Positions 50,341 to 60,519 are shown, counted from the first letter of the stretch. The stretch is 64,000 bases of DNA from Oculina patagonica (GCF_052425735.1 NC_135766.1:25172001-25236000), one strand, 5' to 3'. Numbers and translations: made by a program. The notes: generated by a model not told the origin, from the letters alone.

Positions 50341-50869
50341 ACAGTAAAACGGACAAAGTTTTCTTGTCGGATTACAGCTCTTTTCAAGAAGGATATAAGC
50401 TTTAAGGTGAGCTAATGTCTCCATACTCTACTGTACAAGACGAAGAGCGTTTGATAAATTGTATTTACTGCGAAAAATAAATTTGGTTACGTTGTAAATC
50501 TTGACAAGTGGTTTGTTTTTGTTCGTGCGGCCATCATGAACCGTGCATAGTAAAGAAGAAGAAGGTTTTAGACCCGTTCATTTCGTTCAAGGTTTTTTGG
50601 TCTAGTTGTGTTTATGGTCAAAAAAAAAAGGAGGAAGAAACCGAACTTTACGAATGAACAAGTCGTTTTTGGTGGACTGAATTATTCTTTTAAGCGAAAT
50701 TGCTCGCGCAGTTGTCGTTTTCTTTCGTAAACAACAACAACTTCAAACGCCTTCATCTTTTCTTTTCGCGGTCTCAAAATATCGAGGGAACATCCCACTA
50801 TGATTCAGAAAAAAAAAATAAAACCTAGCCACCTAGAAGTGAAGCTTAAACGTTTTTTAAGAAACCTAA

Positions 50870-51790
50870 ACAAATGTGTCAACGACTTTGTTGTGATTTT
50901 TCACCGCTCGCGAAAAAATATAATTGTAGCGAGCGGTTCATTTGACCGTTGTTCAAATGCATTATTCTCGAGGAAAATTTTTGTTTCGGCCCTTAAATCA
51001 AAGAGACCTCCAACCATGAATGGTATTAATTTAGTAAAACGCAAAGCAAGTCATTGAGCCGACTCTTTTACATTTTTAGGCTCTAAACAAGTGTGTCAAC
51101 GACTTTGTTGTGATTTTTACCGTTCGCGAAAAAATATAATTTTAGCGTGCGGTTCGTTTGGCCGTTGTTCAAATGCATTTTTCTCGAAGAAAAAATATTT
51201 TTTGCGGCCCTTATATCAAAGGGACGTCTAACCATGAATGATATTATTTCGATGAATGTTATTGAGCCGAAAATTTCATATTTTTGGACTCTAAGCACAA
51301 GTGTCATCGACTTTGTTGTGATTTTCACCGTTCGCGAAAAAATATAATTTAGCGTACGGTGTTTGTTGTTGTTTAAATGCGTTTGTTTGTTTGTTTTTGC
51401 GGCCGTTAAATCAAAGAGATGTCCAACCATGAATGATATTAATTTAGTAAAACGCAAAGCAAGTCATTGAGCCGGATCTTCACATTTTTAGACTCTAAAC
51501 AAGTGTGTCAACGAGTTTGTTGTGATTTTTCACCGGTCGCTAAAAAATATAATTGTTGTAGGCGGTTCATTCGGCCGTTGTTAAATGCTTTTTTTAATTT
51601 CGAAAAAATGTTTTTTGCCGCCCTTAAATCTAAAAGACGACCAAACATGAAAAATATTATTTCGATGTAAGTTATTGAGCCGACTCTTTCGCATTTTTTA
51701 GACTCTAAACACAAGTGTGTCAACGAGTTTGTTGTGATTTTTACCGCTCGCGAAAAAATATAATTTAGCGTGCGGTATTTGTTGTTGTTG
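50870..51790. repeat. Internal AT-rich tandem array, ~210-bp unit, about 4.5 copies
   Basis: GTGTCAACGACTTTGTTGTGATTTTTCACCG(C/T)TCGCGAAAAAATATAATT recurs near 50875, 51092, 51300, 51503 and 51716. Confidence 0.9.
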
Positions 51791-51850
51791 TTTTAGCGAT
51801 TGAATCCCATACTCTCGTAATTCAGTTTCGGCATGGAGCAATTCTTAAAT

Positions 51851-52372
51851 TTATTTCACAACAAAAGTCTGGTACCATAACCAGAAAGCATGACATTCGG
51901 TCATTGGACAATGTCCTTCGTATAGATGAAAACCGCAACTAGGTAAAGGCTGTACAATGGTCTCTTTCAGCACGTCGTATTTCGGACATCCGTACAGTTC
52001 TAAATTCATGCTAGGAATGTTCAGTTTGTTCAACAAGTCTCTTTCGACGTGACCTCCCTTGTAAGCCACCACGGTTCTCTCGGGGGTTTTGGTCTCCTCG
52101 TACAAATCTGTCATCACCTCCTCCACCCTGTCATACTCGTAGGCCTTTTCTTCCTTTCTGGGTTGATACGTCAGTCCGTGCACGTTGTATTTGACGTAAG
52201 ACACGGTTTTTTTGTCTCTGGAAGATAAGTTGCACCACGACATTCTCATGTAGAAAGCATGGCGTCCGAACTTTTCTTGCCAAGTGTAATAACCCAACTC
52301 GCGTACTCGAAACGTCTTCTCCACAAAGTAACCTTCCAAGTCCAAGATCATGCACACGTTTTCCGGAGTCAT
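51851..52372 (-). CDS. DEDD/DnaQ-like exonuclease-fold accessory protein
   Basis: N-terminal ILDLEGY...VRELG (ExoI-like), HGL, YKGGHVERDLL, C-terminal HCPMTEC. Confidence 0.6.
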   Translation of the reverse strand: MTPENVCMILDLEGYFVEKTFRVRELGYYTWQEKFGRHAFYMRMSWCNLSSRDKKTVSYVKYNVHGLTYQPRKEEKAYEYDRVEEVMTDLYEETKTPERTVVAYKGGHVERDLLNKLNIPSMNLELYGCPKYDVLKETIVQPLPSCGFHLYEGHCPMTECHAFWLWYQTFVVK

Positions 52373-52437
52373 GCCAGAGCCAACTGCACTCTGATGCTTG
52401 ACGTAGAAAATATATGAAAATGTTTAAACTGTAAATC

Positions 52438-53349
52438 TCAATGATCCAAATTAGGATATTGTTTCTGGGAAATGCATCTCAGATACAGTTGATTTCTCAG
52501 CATTTTCTCTTCATCCGAGTCGTACTTCACGCCAGCCAATTCCGGGGGGAGAATAATTTTCCCTTCTCCATCCACCCAAAACTTTTGCTCTTGACACTGT
52601 TTGACCAACGACTCGTCCAAGGGAAGATCACCAATCCAATCCTTGACCGGGGGTGGGTAGTGTTGTACTTTGAAGGCGGGTCTCCCATCCAGAATTCGTT
52701 GCGGTCTATCCACCACGTCTTGTCCTCTTCTGGGGTATCCAAATTCGTCCCTAGAGTCCAGTCCAGACCTTCTCGAGTAGAGGGGATCCTCGTTTCCCAC
52801 ATATTCCTTTCCTTCCAGCCAGGCTTTGATCTTGCCAAACGGAAGACTGTCTGCCCATTGGAAGAACCGGCATTTCCCCTTTCTGCACTTGAGGTAGATC
52901 CTGTTCGGGTTGCTCTCTGATTTCGACATGCTCAGAATGAGACTCTCGTTGCAGTAACATTTCATCTTATCCATGTTCCAATAATAGTAAGCCGGTAATT
53001 GTTGATTGACCGCCACCACGTACTGGTCAATGTGGGCGCTACCGGTGCAAATGAAACAGATGGTGCCTTCGCTCGTGTGGGGGCAAAAGTAGAACTCCCA
53101 TCCCCCGTCCGTCATTCTCTTGGTCAGCGGTTCTTTGTGGACGGGGCAAACCGGGTCGCGCTCCGTGTCGTCAAAGGTCTGTTGTAGGAACTGGTCGGGG
53201 TCGAAAATTTCACCCTCCTCCAACACTTCCTCTTTCAACTCCATCTTCTTCTTCTTTGTAGGATGTCTCTTTTTACGGGGGACTTTGGGTTTCTTGGGGT
53301 TTCCAGGCCCTCTCCTCTGTCGCTTTTTTTGGGGTTCTGCTACGTCCAT
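52438..53349 (-). CDS. GRF-type zinc-finger protein with basic NLS-like N-terminus
   Basis: CYC...SKSESNPNRIYLKCRKGKCRFFQWAD matches the GRF ZnF pattern. A second Cys/His cluster reads CPVH...FCP. Confidence 0.75.
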   Translation of the reverse strand: MDVAEPQKKRQRRGPGNPKKPKVPRKKRHPTKKKKMELKEEVLEEGEIFDPDQFLQQTFDDTERDPVCPVHKEPLTKRMTDGGWEFYFCPHTSEGTICFICTGSAHIDQYVVAVNQQLPAYYYWNMDKMKCYCNESLILSMSKSESNPNRIYLKCRKGKCRFFQWADSLPFGKIKAWLEGKEYVGNEDPLYSRRSGLDSRDEFGYPRRGQDVVDRPQRILDGRPAFKVQHYPPPVKDWIGDLPLDESLVKQCQEQKFWVDGEGKIILPPELAGVKYDSDEEKMLRNQLYLRCISQKQYPNLDH

Positions 53350-53359
53350 GGTGCTCTCG

Positions 53360-53545
53360 ATGCTCCAACTGAGGACTAACAGGAGACAACACGGCGCTTT
53401 TATACTCTACTCTCGGATGACGTCAATACGCACGAACCAACCAGAGAGGTAACACGTGACCTCTTCCGACCAACCGGCAATGACCCAGGTGACGTCATCC
53501 AACGTATAAAAAGAGCTGCGCGTCCATTTGTCGACTCAGTTGTAG
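53360..53545. promoter_or_regulatory. Symmetric bidirectional promoter
   Basis: Minus TATAAAA 53398-53404, TGACGTCA 53418, CACGTG 53453, TGACGTCA 53490, plus TATAAAA 53505. TCAGTT initiator-like motif downstream on each side. Confidence 0.7.
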
Positions 53546-53547
53546 CG

Positions 53548-53823
53548 ATGGAAAGCACAGAGAGCGATTCCAGCCAAACTCAAACTCAAACCCCACAAGT
53601 CAACGGTGTCTTTGTACAAGGAGATCCCAAGGACTGGGAACCATTGCCTTACTATAGGGATCTAAAAAGGGGCGATTATCAATCGGACGAAGATTACCTA
53701 TTGGAGCGCGCGAAACGTGGCATGGAAGCAGGCTACACGTTTATGCAGTGTCAAGAGCATTGGATGTGCGATCTGGAGAGTGCATTACACAAAGGTTCGG
53801 CCGAAGCAAGCCAAGAGCAGTGA
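53548..53823 (+). CDS. Hypothetical acidic viral protein (91 aa)
   Basis: ATG ORF directly downstream of TATA/Inr. Confidence 0.65.
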   Translation: MESTESDSSQTQTQTPQVNGVFVQGDPKDWEPLPYYRDLKRGDYQSDEDYLLERAKRGMEAGYTFMQCQEHWMCDLESALHKGSAEASQEQ

Positions 53824-53824
53824 C

Positions 53825-54598
53825 ATGGGTACGAGAGAAAACTGGATGGACCTGGAACAACGACTCTTCTACACCAATTGTACAAAGCTAGAAAAAAAGA
53901 TCCAGACCGACACGGGAATGAGTATGTTGTCGTTAGACTTTCCCACCACCACCATACCCGAAAACATTCCAAGGAGAGTCTACGTCTTCGAGGACATGGT
54001 GAAAGAGCGCGGGTGTGCCAAAAACCGCGTCACCGAAAGTGAATGGCTCAAAGAGAACCCTCACTGGAAGGGAGCCGTGATGGCGACCCTCAAAGACATT
54101 GGGCACGGTTATCTCTGGGATAGACATTGGAATGAATTTGTTTACGTGCCATTGCAGCGAGCCTTTTTCTTCATGACGTCTCGCAAACCGCCGCCCATTG
54201 GCAACGGCGTCTCGTTCTGGTTAAACGCGAACGTCTTCGACTTTGACGAACGGAGTGGTTTAGAAGATCTCATCGCCCCGTTGAGAGCGAGTGTAGCCCT
54301 AAGCCAGACATTGTCTGCTTACTTGAAACAACCTATCACGGTCGACGCAAACACGTACGAAGAACTGTGCAACCAACTGGCAACTCAAGTAAAATTGCAA
54401 CGCCTAGAAAGCAATCGTTGGCAAGAAATAGCGGATAGATTGTTAGACAGAGATCTCTGCAACCGTTGCGCCATGCAAAAAGACGAAGCTTACCTGGGCG
54501 ACGACTACCAAAAAGCCAAGCTGTGGAGACCTAGAAGTTGCGAAACATGTACAAAATCTTTTGATAACATATTTATTGATGCAGGCTATTTAAATTGA
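53825..54598 (+). CDS. Hypothetical viral protein with C-terminal CxxC...CxxC
   Basis: ATG 2 nt after the previous stop; CNRC and CETC pairs; AATAAA at ~54607. Confidence 0.7.
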   Translation: MGTRENWMDLEQRLFYTNCTKLEKKIQTDTGMSMLSLDFPTTTIPENIPRRVYVFEDMVKERGCAKNRVTESEWLKENPHWKGAVMATLKDIGHGYLWDRHWNEFVYVPLQRAFFFMTSRKPPPIGNGVSFWLNANVFDFDERSGLEDLIAPLRASVALSQTLSAYLKQPITVDANTYEELCNQLATQVKLQRLESNRWQEIADRLLDRDLCNRCAMQKDEAYLGDDYQKAKLWRPRSCETCTKSFDNIFIDAGYLN

Positions 54599-54624
54599 TA
54601 TTTTGAAATAAAAGTTCATTTGTC

Positions 54625-54936
54625 ATGGATCTGTATGGAAAGTGGGAGTGGTTGAAACGATTGTGCGAGAAAGCGTATGCTGAATTTGGGAGGGGTATAG
54701 ATATACCGGAAGATACAAGTGACTCCCCCTTGAGAGTGTTCGAAGCCACCCACATAGAACAAAACTATTTCAGATTGATACCGTTTATATTATGGTTGAG
54801 ACATTTCAAGGATCCAGCCGAGCTGTTTGCTTCTATTTACAAACTTCATCCGACCACGATCGAAGAGGCAGCTCATAAATTACACGTCACTTATATGAGG
54901 GTGGTCAGAGCGTCGTCGACATGCCAAAGAAGCTGA
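54625..54936 (+). CDS. Hypothetical viral protein (103 aa)
   Basis: ATG ORF tiling between the upstream polyA signal and the integrase. Confidence 0.55.
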   Translation: MDLYGKWEWLKRLCEKAYAEFGRGIDIPEDTSDSPLRVFEATHIEQNYFRLIPFILWLRHFKDPAELFASIYKLHPTTIEEAAHKLHVTYMRVVRASSTCQRS

Positions 54937-56008
54937 AGAAAAGAAAAAGGATGAGAAGATACTTTTGGACTACCACGATCCCAGTCAACCGGGTAGCTTG
55001 GGCGGGATAACAAGATTCGCCAAAACGCACAAGATATCTGTCGACACAGCCAAAAAAGTATTGGAGCGCGATTTGGGTTATACCCTTCACAAACCGCGCA
55101 GACGTCGTTTCGCCACGTTACCGGTCCTGGTGTTTAATGTCGACCAACAGTGGGTAGCCGATTTAGTGGAAACGCAACCGTTGTCCAAATACAACAAGGG
55201 TCACAGATATCTACTCAACGTGATCGACGTCTTGTCTAAATATGCCTGGGTGGAACCCCTAAAAGACAAGACGGGAAAAACGGTGTCGGACGCCTTTGCC
55301 AAGATTTTGAAACGAGCCGATGGACGCAAACCTCAGAACCTACAGACCGACGACGGGAAAGAATTTTACAACAAGACGTTTGCCGCGTTGATGAAACGGG
55401 AAGGCATCCACCACTTTTCCACGGCCGGAGATACCAAAGCCAGCATCGTGGAACGCTTCAACCGCACTCTCAAGGAACGCATGTACCGATACTTTACCGC
55501 CAAGAACACGCTCAGTTACCTACCTGTACTCCAGGCCTTGGTGAGAGGTTACAACGGATCCCACCATCGTAGCATCGGCACTAGCCCCGAGACAGTGAAT
55601 GCGAGCAACGAAGGAAAAGTGTGGGAACGTCTGTACGCGAAGAGATTGTCGTCGGGTAAAAGAGAACGAAAAACCCCGCTAAAAGTAGGAGAACGCGTGA
55701 GATTGAACAAGAAATTTCGCACGTTCGAGAAAGGGTATTTACCCGGCTGGACCGAAGAAGTGTTTGTGATACGAGAGGTGCGTCGGGGACCACCCGTCAC
55801 GACTTACAAGATCCAAGAGTTGGACGACACCCCCCTTCGCGGTACGTTTTACAAGGAAGATCTACAAAAAGTCGCAGTGTCCGACGACGATGTCTTCAGG
55901 GTGGACAAGATCGTCAAACGAAAAGGAAATAAAGTCTTGGTGCACTGGAAAGGCTGGCCAGACAAGTACGACAGCTGGATCGAGAAGACGGCTCTAAAAA
56001 AATCATGA
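54921..56008 (+). CDS. Retroviral-type (RVE) integrase with C-terminal chromodomain; start ATG apparently out of frame
   Basis: QWVADL / QTDDGKEF / VERFNRTLK DDE triad; VHWKGWPDKYDSWI chromodomain. The ATG at 54921 needs a 1-nt shift in the A-run at ~54944-54948 to join the 54965-56008 frame. Confidence 0.93.
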
Positions 56009-57036
56009 GCCACGAGGAAGGATTTTACGTCACGTTACCCAGTCACAGCAGCGGAACCGAGTTTCCAGAGAATAGAGCAAACTCTTTCAAGGTGCGATTA
56101 CCTCACCCGCTACGATTGGAAGGAACCGGTTGGAAAGTGGGATTGAGTAGCATTTCCGTGCCAGATGCCAGCATCGACTTAACTCGCTTTAAGTCGTTCA
56201 AGTTTCCTCTCTTGAGTGCTCAGTGGATGCTCAAGCGCAAAGACAATGAGGGTCGCGTGCAAAGCAAGTCGGTGACCACCGATCTGACGTTCCAGGACAT
56301 TCTATATGACGACAACATCGTGGATGGCCTCAGTTTCATGAAAGCCCTGGTCTTCAAGTTCGATCAAGTCAAAGAATACAAGCGTATCGTGGGAGACTTG
56401 ACCAAGTCGCCCGATAATGGAAAGCAGTGGGAATATACGTTCAAGTGGGAAGGTGAAGAACTAGTCCTCGACAACTCGAACTTGGACGTCTCGGAAGTGA
56501 AAACTGAAGGCGTCCCATACTACATGTCTTTCAACGAGGATTTGGCCTTTGACATGGGATGGGTAAAAAAGGACGAGAAAGAAAACGTGTTTCTCGGGCC
56601 GAACCTGAAGCCGGAATGCCACCACGCTACGATACCCGATCCCATAGACGTGGATGATTTTGGAGAGGGCAAGAAAAATTTCTGGGTTGTTGAGAATGGA
56701 CAGCTTTTCTTGAGTTGCTATTGTAACTGGCGCTTTGTGAAACTCAACAGAGCCTTCCAAAAAGTGATTGGAGATGCATCGCGTACGCTTTTCGTTTACT
56801 CAGATGTGGGTGGTAGTTCCGTTGTGGGAAATCAAGTCACGGATCTGTTGCGGGAAATTCACTTTCAACGTGAAGGAAAAGGTATCAAGTACTTTGAACC
56901 TCTCCACATACAATATATTCCACTCCGCAACCAGATTGTGGACATTATTGAAACGCAAGTGAGCGAGACTACAGGTAAACTGGTGGATTTTGGCGAAGGC
57001 AACACGATCGTGACCTTACATATCAAGCGAACATGA
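56005..57036 (+). CDS. Minor capsid protein (penton, PX)
   Basis: FYVTLPS.SS...FPENRANSFKVRLP..L.L...WKVGL N-terminus and FVYSDV...VGNQVTDLLR...YIPL C-terminus, typical of Polinton PX. Confidence 0.85.
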   Translation: MSHEEGFYVTLPSHSSGTEFPENRANSFKVRLPHPLRLEGTGWKVGLSSISVPDASIDLTRFKSFKFPLLSAQWMLKRKDNEGRVQSKSVTTDLTFQDILYDDNIVDGLSFMKALVFKFDQVKEYKRIVGDLTKSPDNGKQWEYTFKWEGEELVLDNSNLDVSEVKTEGVPYYMSFNEDLAFDMGWVKKDEKENVFLGPNLKPECHHATIPDPIDVDDFGEGKKNFWVVENGQLFLSCYCNWRFVKLNRAFQKVIGDASRTLFVYSDVGGSSVVGNQVTDLLREIHFQREGKGIKYFEPLHIQYIPLRNQIVDIIETQVSETTGKLVDFGEGNTIVTLHIKRT

Positions 57037-57290
57037 GAGGCGGTGCCCTGACGCGTTTCACACCGGATCCTCCACCTCAAGAGGGGAACGGATTTTTGGC
57101 CGACATCGTGAGAGAGTCTCTGGGTGGAGCCGTGAGAGGATTTAAGAGTGGGCGCGGCGTCGCGGACCGCATTCGTAAAGCGGGTCAAGGAGCCAAGAGT
57201 GGTCCTAAACGAGTCGTGAAACGCCAACTGAAAAACGTCATAGAACGAAACGTCAAGAGAAAACTGAACGACATCTTTGGCGAAAAATGA
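57033..57290 (+). CDS. Small basic virion core/membrane-lytic-like protein
   Basis: MRGG and QEGNG protease-site-like motifs, followed by amphipathic GFLADIVRESL; ATGA overlap with the upstream stop. Confidence 0.7.
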   Translation: MRGGALTRFTPDPPPQEGNGFLADIVRESLGGAVRGFKSGRGVADRIRKAGQGAKSGPKRVVKRQLKNVIERNVKRKLNDIFGEK

Positions 57291-57523
57291 ATCCCGTTTA
57301 CTCGCGATCGTCCAGACTGGTCCGATCCAAACGCGCCCCCGTCAGACAGCGGGGAGAAGGATTCTCACTGGCACTTTTGAACCAGGCCTTGTTGGGACAA
57401 AAGAGGCGACGACGAAAAGTACAAAAGGGCGGGTGGATAGGTCCCGAGGTCAGAAAGCCTCCTGGCTACGACTGGATACAGACCTTACGGAAGCGCAGTG
57501 GAAGAAGGAAGAGAAGACGATGA
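57287..57523 (+). CDS. Arg-rich core-like protein
   Basis: QRGEG and QKGG motifs, poly-R tracts, ATGA overlaps at both ends. Confidence 0.7.
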   Translation: MNPVYSRSSRLVRSKRAPVRQRGEGFSLALLNQALLGQKRRRRKVQKGGWIGPEVRKPPGYDWIQTLRKRSGRRKRRR

Positions 57524-58923
57524 CCGAAACCATCTCGAGCGCCTACCCGCAGTCGAGACGCGAGGCCAATCCTCGATTGGATCTATTCGCCGTACCACCG
57601 ACAGACGTCAGCGTCTCGTCGTATCGGATGGTCCCCGTTCAGACCTACACCACAGGCATCAATCCGGTGGAGTTTCAGATCGACCCCCAAGAAGATTACA
57701 TCGATCTCAGCCGTAGCTTTTTCGAGGTAGAATTGCAACTGAAGAAAGACAACGATGAGAACGTGGCAGCTGCCGACAAGCTGTGGCCCGTCAACAATCT
57801 AGCCCATTCTCTGTTCAAGCAAATCAGCGTGCGTCTCAACGGTACTCTCATCAGTCCCCAGACGGACACGTACCATTACAGAGCCTTCTTGGAAACGTTG
57901 CTGAATTACGACAGACGTGATGGAGAAACCATCTTGAAACCTCAAGGATGGTACAATCATATCGATTTCCCAGCCACGTGGACGGACAATAACACGAACA
58001 CTGCAGCCAACGCTGGAGCTGGACACGCAGACTATGTAGCCCTGACCGCCAATCACAAGGAGGCTCTCAAGAACTCTAAAGCAGAACAAGCCAATTACAC
58101 GGAAGGCAAGCGACACGTGTTGCGTTTCAAACCCCTCATCGAAGTGTTTCATCTGAGCAAGTTGTTGGTACCCAGAGTGCAGATAGGAATACAGATGTAC
58201 TTCAATTCTCCCGACGTGTTCTTGAACGGAGTGGGTCTGGCAGGAAAGTTGACGGCCGAGGAAGTCAAAGTTCGAATGTACCTGTGTCAAGTGCGTCTCA
58301 ATCCCACGACGTACAGGAGACTGATGGATGAGATGACCACCAAGAGTCAAGTGGTGAGTTACCCGACCGTGAGAAGCGAGATTCGGACCTTCAACATGCA
58401 GGGAGATCAACGACGGTACGAATGCACCAACTTGTTCCAAGGAAGAATTCCCAACCGCGTGATCGTGGGTATGGTACTGTCCACAGCCTTCACCGGGAAC
58501 GTGGTCAACGATCCCTTCTGTTTTCAGAAGTTTGGAATGAGCAGCATAAAACAACTCGTGGGAGGAGAAGAGTATCCTTACGAGACGCTAGAGTTGGTCC
58601 ACAACGATGGCACCAAAGATCTCAGAGGGTACCACCGTTTCTTGCAAGCCACCGGATGCCTGTGCAAGCAGCAAGGAAACATGGTGAGAGGTGACGATTG
58701 GGGACAAGGAAAGAATTGCACGTTGTTCGTGTTCGACAACGTGGCCAATGGATGCGTGGACAGTTACAGGATGAACCCCAAGCAAGCCGGAAATCTACTA
58801 ATAGAGCTGAACTTTGGAGCCAACCCAGCTGTGAACTTGACCATCATCGTGTACGGAGAGTTTGAGAATCTCTTGGAGATAGACAAGAACAAAGCCGTGT
58901 TGTACGACGTGTACCAGCGTTAG
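57520..58923 (+). CDS. Major capsid protein (double jelly-roll, PY), 467 aa
   Basis: LDLFAVPPT, YIDLSRS, PVNNLAHSLFKQI, YHYRAFLETLLNY, IPNRVIVGMV, PFCFQKF and YGEFENLLEID motifs. True start is likely ATG 57520, not TTG 57277. Confidence 0.92.
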   Translation: MTETISSAYPQSRREANPRLDLFAVPPTDVSVSSYRMVPVQTYTTGINPVEFQIDPQEDYIDLSRSFFEVELQLKKDNDENVAAADKLWPVNNLAHSLFKQISVRLNGTLISPQTDTYHYRAFLETLLNYDRRDGETILKPQGWYNHIDFPATWTDNNTNTAANAGAGHADYVALTANHKEALKNSKAEQANYTEGKRHVLRFKPLIEVFHLSKLLVPRVQIGIQMYFNSPDVFLNGVGLAGKLTAEEVKVRMYLCQVRLNPTTYRRLMDEMTTKSQVVSYPTVRSEIRTFNMQGDQRRYECTNLFQGRIPNRVIVGMVLSTAFTGNVVNDPFCFQKFGMSSIKQLVGGEEYPYETLELVHNDGTKDLRGYHRFLQATGCLCKQQGNMVRGDDWGQGKNCTLFVFDNVANGCVDSYRMNPKQAGNLLIELNFGANPAVNLTIIVYGEFENLLEIDKNKAVLYDVYQR

Positions 58924-58925
58924 TG

Positions 58926-59495
58926 ATGGAGAAAGTGACTTTGAATAACGTGCAGTTGGATCAGTTGGCCAGACATCACCCGTCGTTGAAACCTTACTTT
59001 TACGGGACAGTGGCCTGCGATCGATTACCTCGCAAACCATTCAAGACGGAAGCCCGCGGGTACATCGTCAACACCGATCCTCACTACATGCGCGGTCGGC
59101 ATTGGATCGCGCTGTGGACGAATGGAAACGTGTGCGAAGTGTTGGACAGTTACGCCTTACCCCTGGAGGTGTACCAGACGGCGCAACCGTTGCAAGATTG
59201 GTTGGACGCTCATTGGAAGTACGTGGAGCGCAACGGACAGAGTCTACAATCGTTGTTCAGTCAGAGCTGCGGCGATTACGCGTTGATGTATCTCATCGAT
59301 AGGGCCGAAGGACGTAGCATGAGTCAATTCGAAGCAAGATTCAAGAAACACGATTACGTGTACAATGATCATAAAGTTGGGCAAATGTTGAAGCAATTGA
59401 TCTCGAAGGAAAGGTCGTGGCACAAAATTTGTAAGATGGAATACCATCAGGATTGTGAACCGTCTCTCTGCGGTGTAAGACACTTGTTGTTGTGA
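58926..59495 (+). CDS. Adenain-like cysteine maturation protease
   Basis: IVNTDP...GRHWIA (His), LDSY (Asp), QSLFSQSCG (Gln/Cys); AATAAA at ~59503. Confidence 0.92.
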   Translation: MEKVTLNNVQLDQLARHHPSLKPYFYGTVACDRLPRKPFKTEARGYIVNTDPHYMRGRHWIALWTNGNVCEVLDSYALPLEVYQTAQPLQDWLDAHWKYVERNGQSLQSLFSQSCGDYALMYLIDRAEGRSMSQFEARFKKHDYVYNDHKVGQMLKQLISKERSWHKICKMEYHQDCEPSLCGVRHLLL

Positions 59496-59627
59496 GATGA
59501 CAAATAAAAACGTTGAAATGAATAAGGTGTGTGTCGTCTGTCGCTCGGGAGATCGGGATTCGTTGCAGACTTTTTTTCTGCAACATGCTTATATCATTGC
59601 TCGTTTTTTGACGAATGTCATTTCGCC

Positions 59628-60293
59628 ATGGAGCGCGGTGAAGCCTTTAGCTTTCGGATGCCCTCTAGCATTTTGATCGTGGGCCCCTCTAGCTGCGGAA
59701 AGACTTGTTTTACCGAGTCGGTACTTTTGAATCACTCAAAAGAGTTGTTTAGTACACCCCCTGAGACCATTCATTACTGTTTTGGGGCTTGGCAAGACGG
59801 TTTCGCGAACATGAAAAAGCGAGGCGTGAAATTTCACGAAGGGATTCCCGAAGAAGTAGATTTGACCAAATGGTTTCCCCGTGGAGGGGTGATGGTATTG
59901 GACGATCTGATGGAAGAAGGAGGAAACGACAAGAGAGTATTGGATCTGTTCACCAAACTTTCCCACCACAGGAACATCACCGTCCTGTACTTGTGTCAAG
60001 ACATGTTTCCGCCGGGAAAATACGCCAAGAGCATTTCTCGAAATGCGCATTACATCGTGGCTTTCAAGAACCCTCGCGATCAATTGGGCATGAGGAATTT
60101 ACTGTTACAAGCGTTTCCCTCCCGATGGCAAGATGTGATGGACGTCTACACCAAGACGACGGAAAGACCCTTTGGTTACATGGTATTGGATCTACACCCT
60201 GCCAGTGGCGACGACAGACGGATTTTTAGCCACCTCTTAAAAGGCGAGGGATGCATGAGATGTTACAGATTCGTTCGAGATGTTCGTACGTAA
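59628..60293 (+). CDS. A32/FtsK-like genome packaging ATPase
   Basis: Walker A GPSSCGKT, Walker B VLDD, SHHRNITV.YLCQ, ISRNAHYIVAFKNPRD. Confidence 0.93.
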   Translation: MERGEAFSFRMPSSILIVGPSSCGKTCFTESVLLNHSKELFSTPPETIHYCFGAWQDGFANMKKRGVKFHEGIPEEVDLTKWFPRGGVMVLDDLMEEGGNDKRVLDLFTKLSHHRNITVLYLCQDMFPPGKYAKSISRNAHYIVAFKNPRDQLGMRNLLLQAFPSRWQDVMDVYTKTTERPFGYMVLDLHPASGDDRRIFSHLLKGEGCMRCYRFVRDVRT

Positions 60294-60519
60294 CGATCAC
60301 GTGTGGCTCGCGTTCTTGGACCTGTGCAGTCGTCATTTCGAGCGTATGAGAGAAGAGGACATGGACTACGAGGCCATGCAAACCGTGCTACATTTGGCCG
60401 AAAAGCGACAGATGTGGAAATTCGTGAGAGAATATAACGAGACTTACTTCAGCGAATTGATCCAGACACTAGAAGAGAGAGCTAGAAAAACATGTCAAGA
60501 CATTCGCCAGCAGGAGTAG
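60280..60519 (+). CDS. Hypothetical viral protein (79 aa)
   Basis: ATG ORF tiling the late gene block with short overlaps. Confidence 0.55.
   Translation: MFVRNDHVWLAFLDLCSRHFERMREEDMDYEAMQTVLHLAEKRQMWKFVREYNETYFSELIQTLEERARKTCQDIRQQE

Noticed and set aside
50107-51723. Short ORFs across the promoter and repeat array
   Set aside because: They are translations of repeats, with no consistent frame between units.
50870-51790. Possible CRISPR-like array
   Set aside because: Whole units are homologous; there are no unique spacers and no cas genes.
57277-57519. 81-aa N-terminal extension of the major capsid ORF
   Set aside because: Starts at TTG and overlaps the better-supported 57287-57523 ORF; ATG 57520 fits the ATGA pattern.
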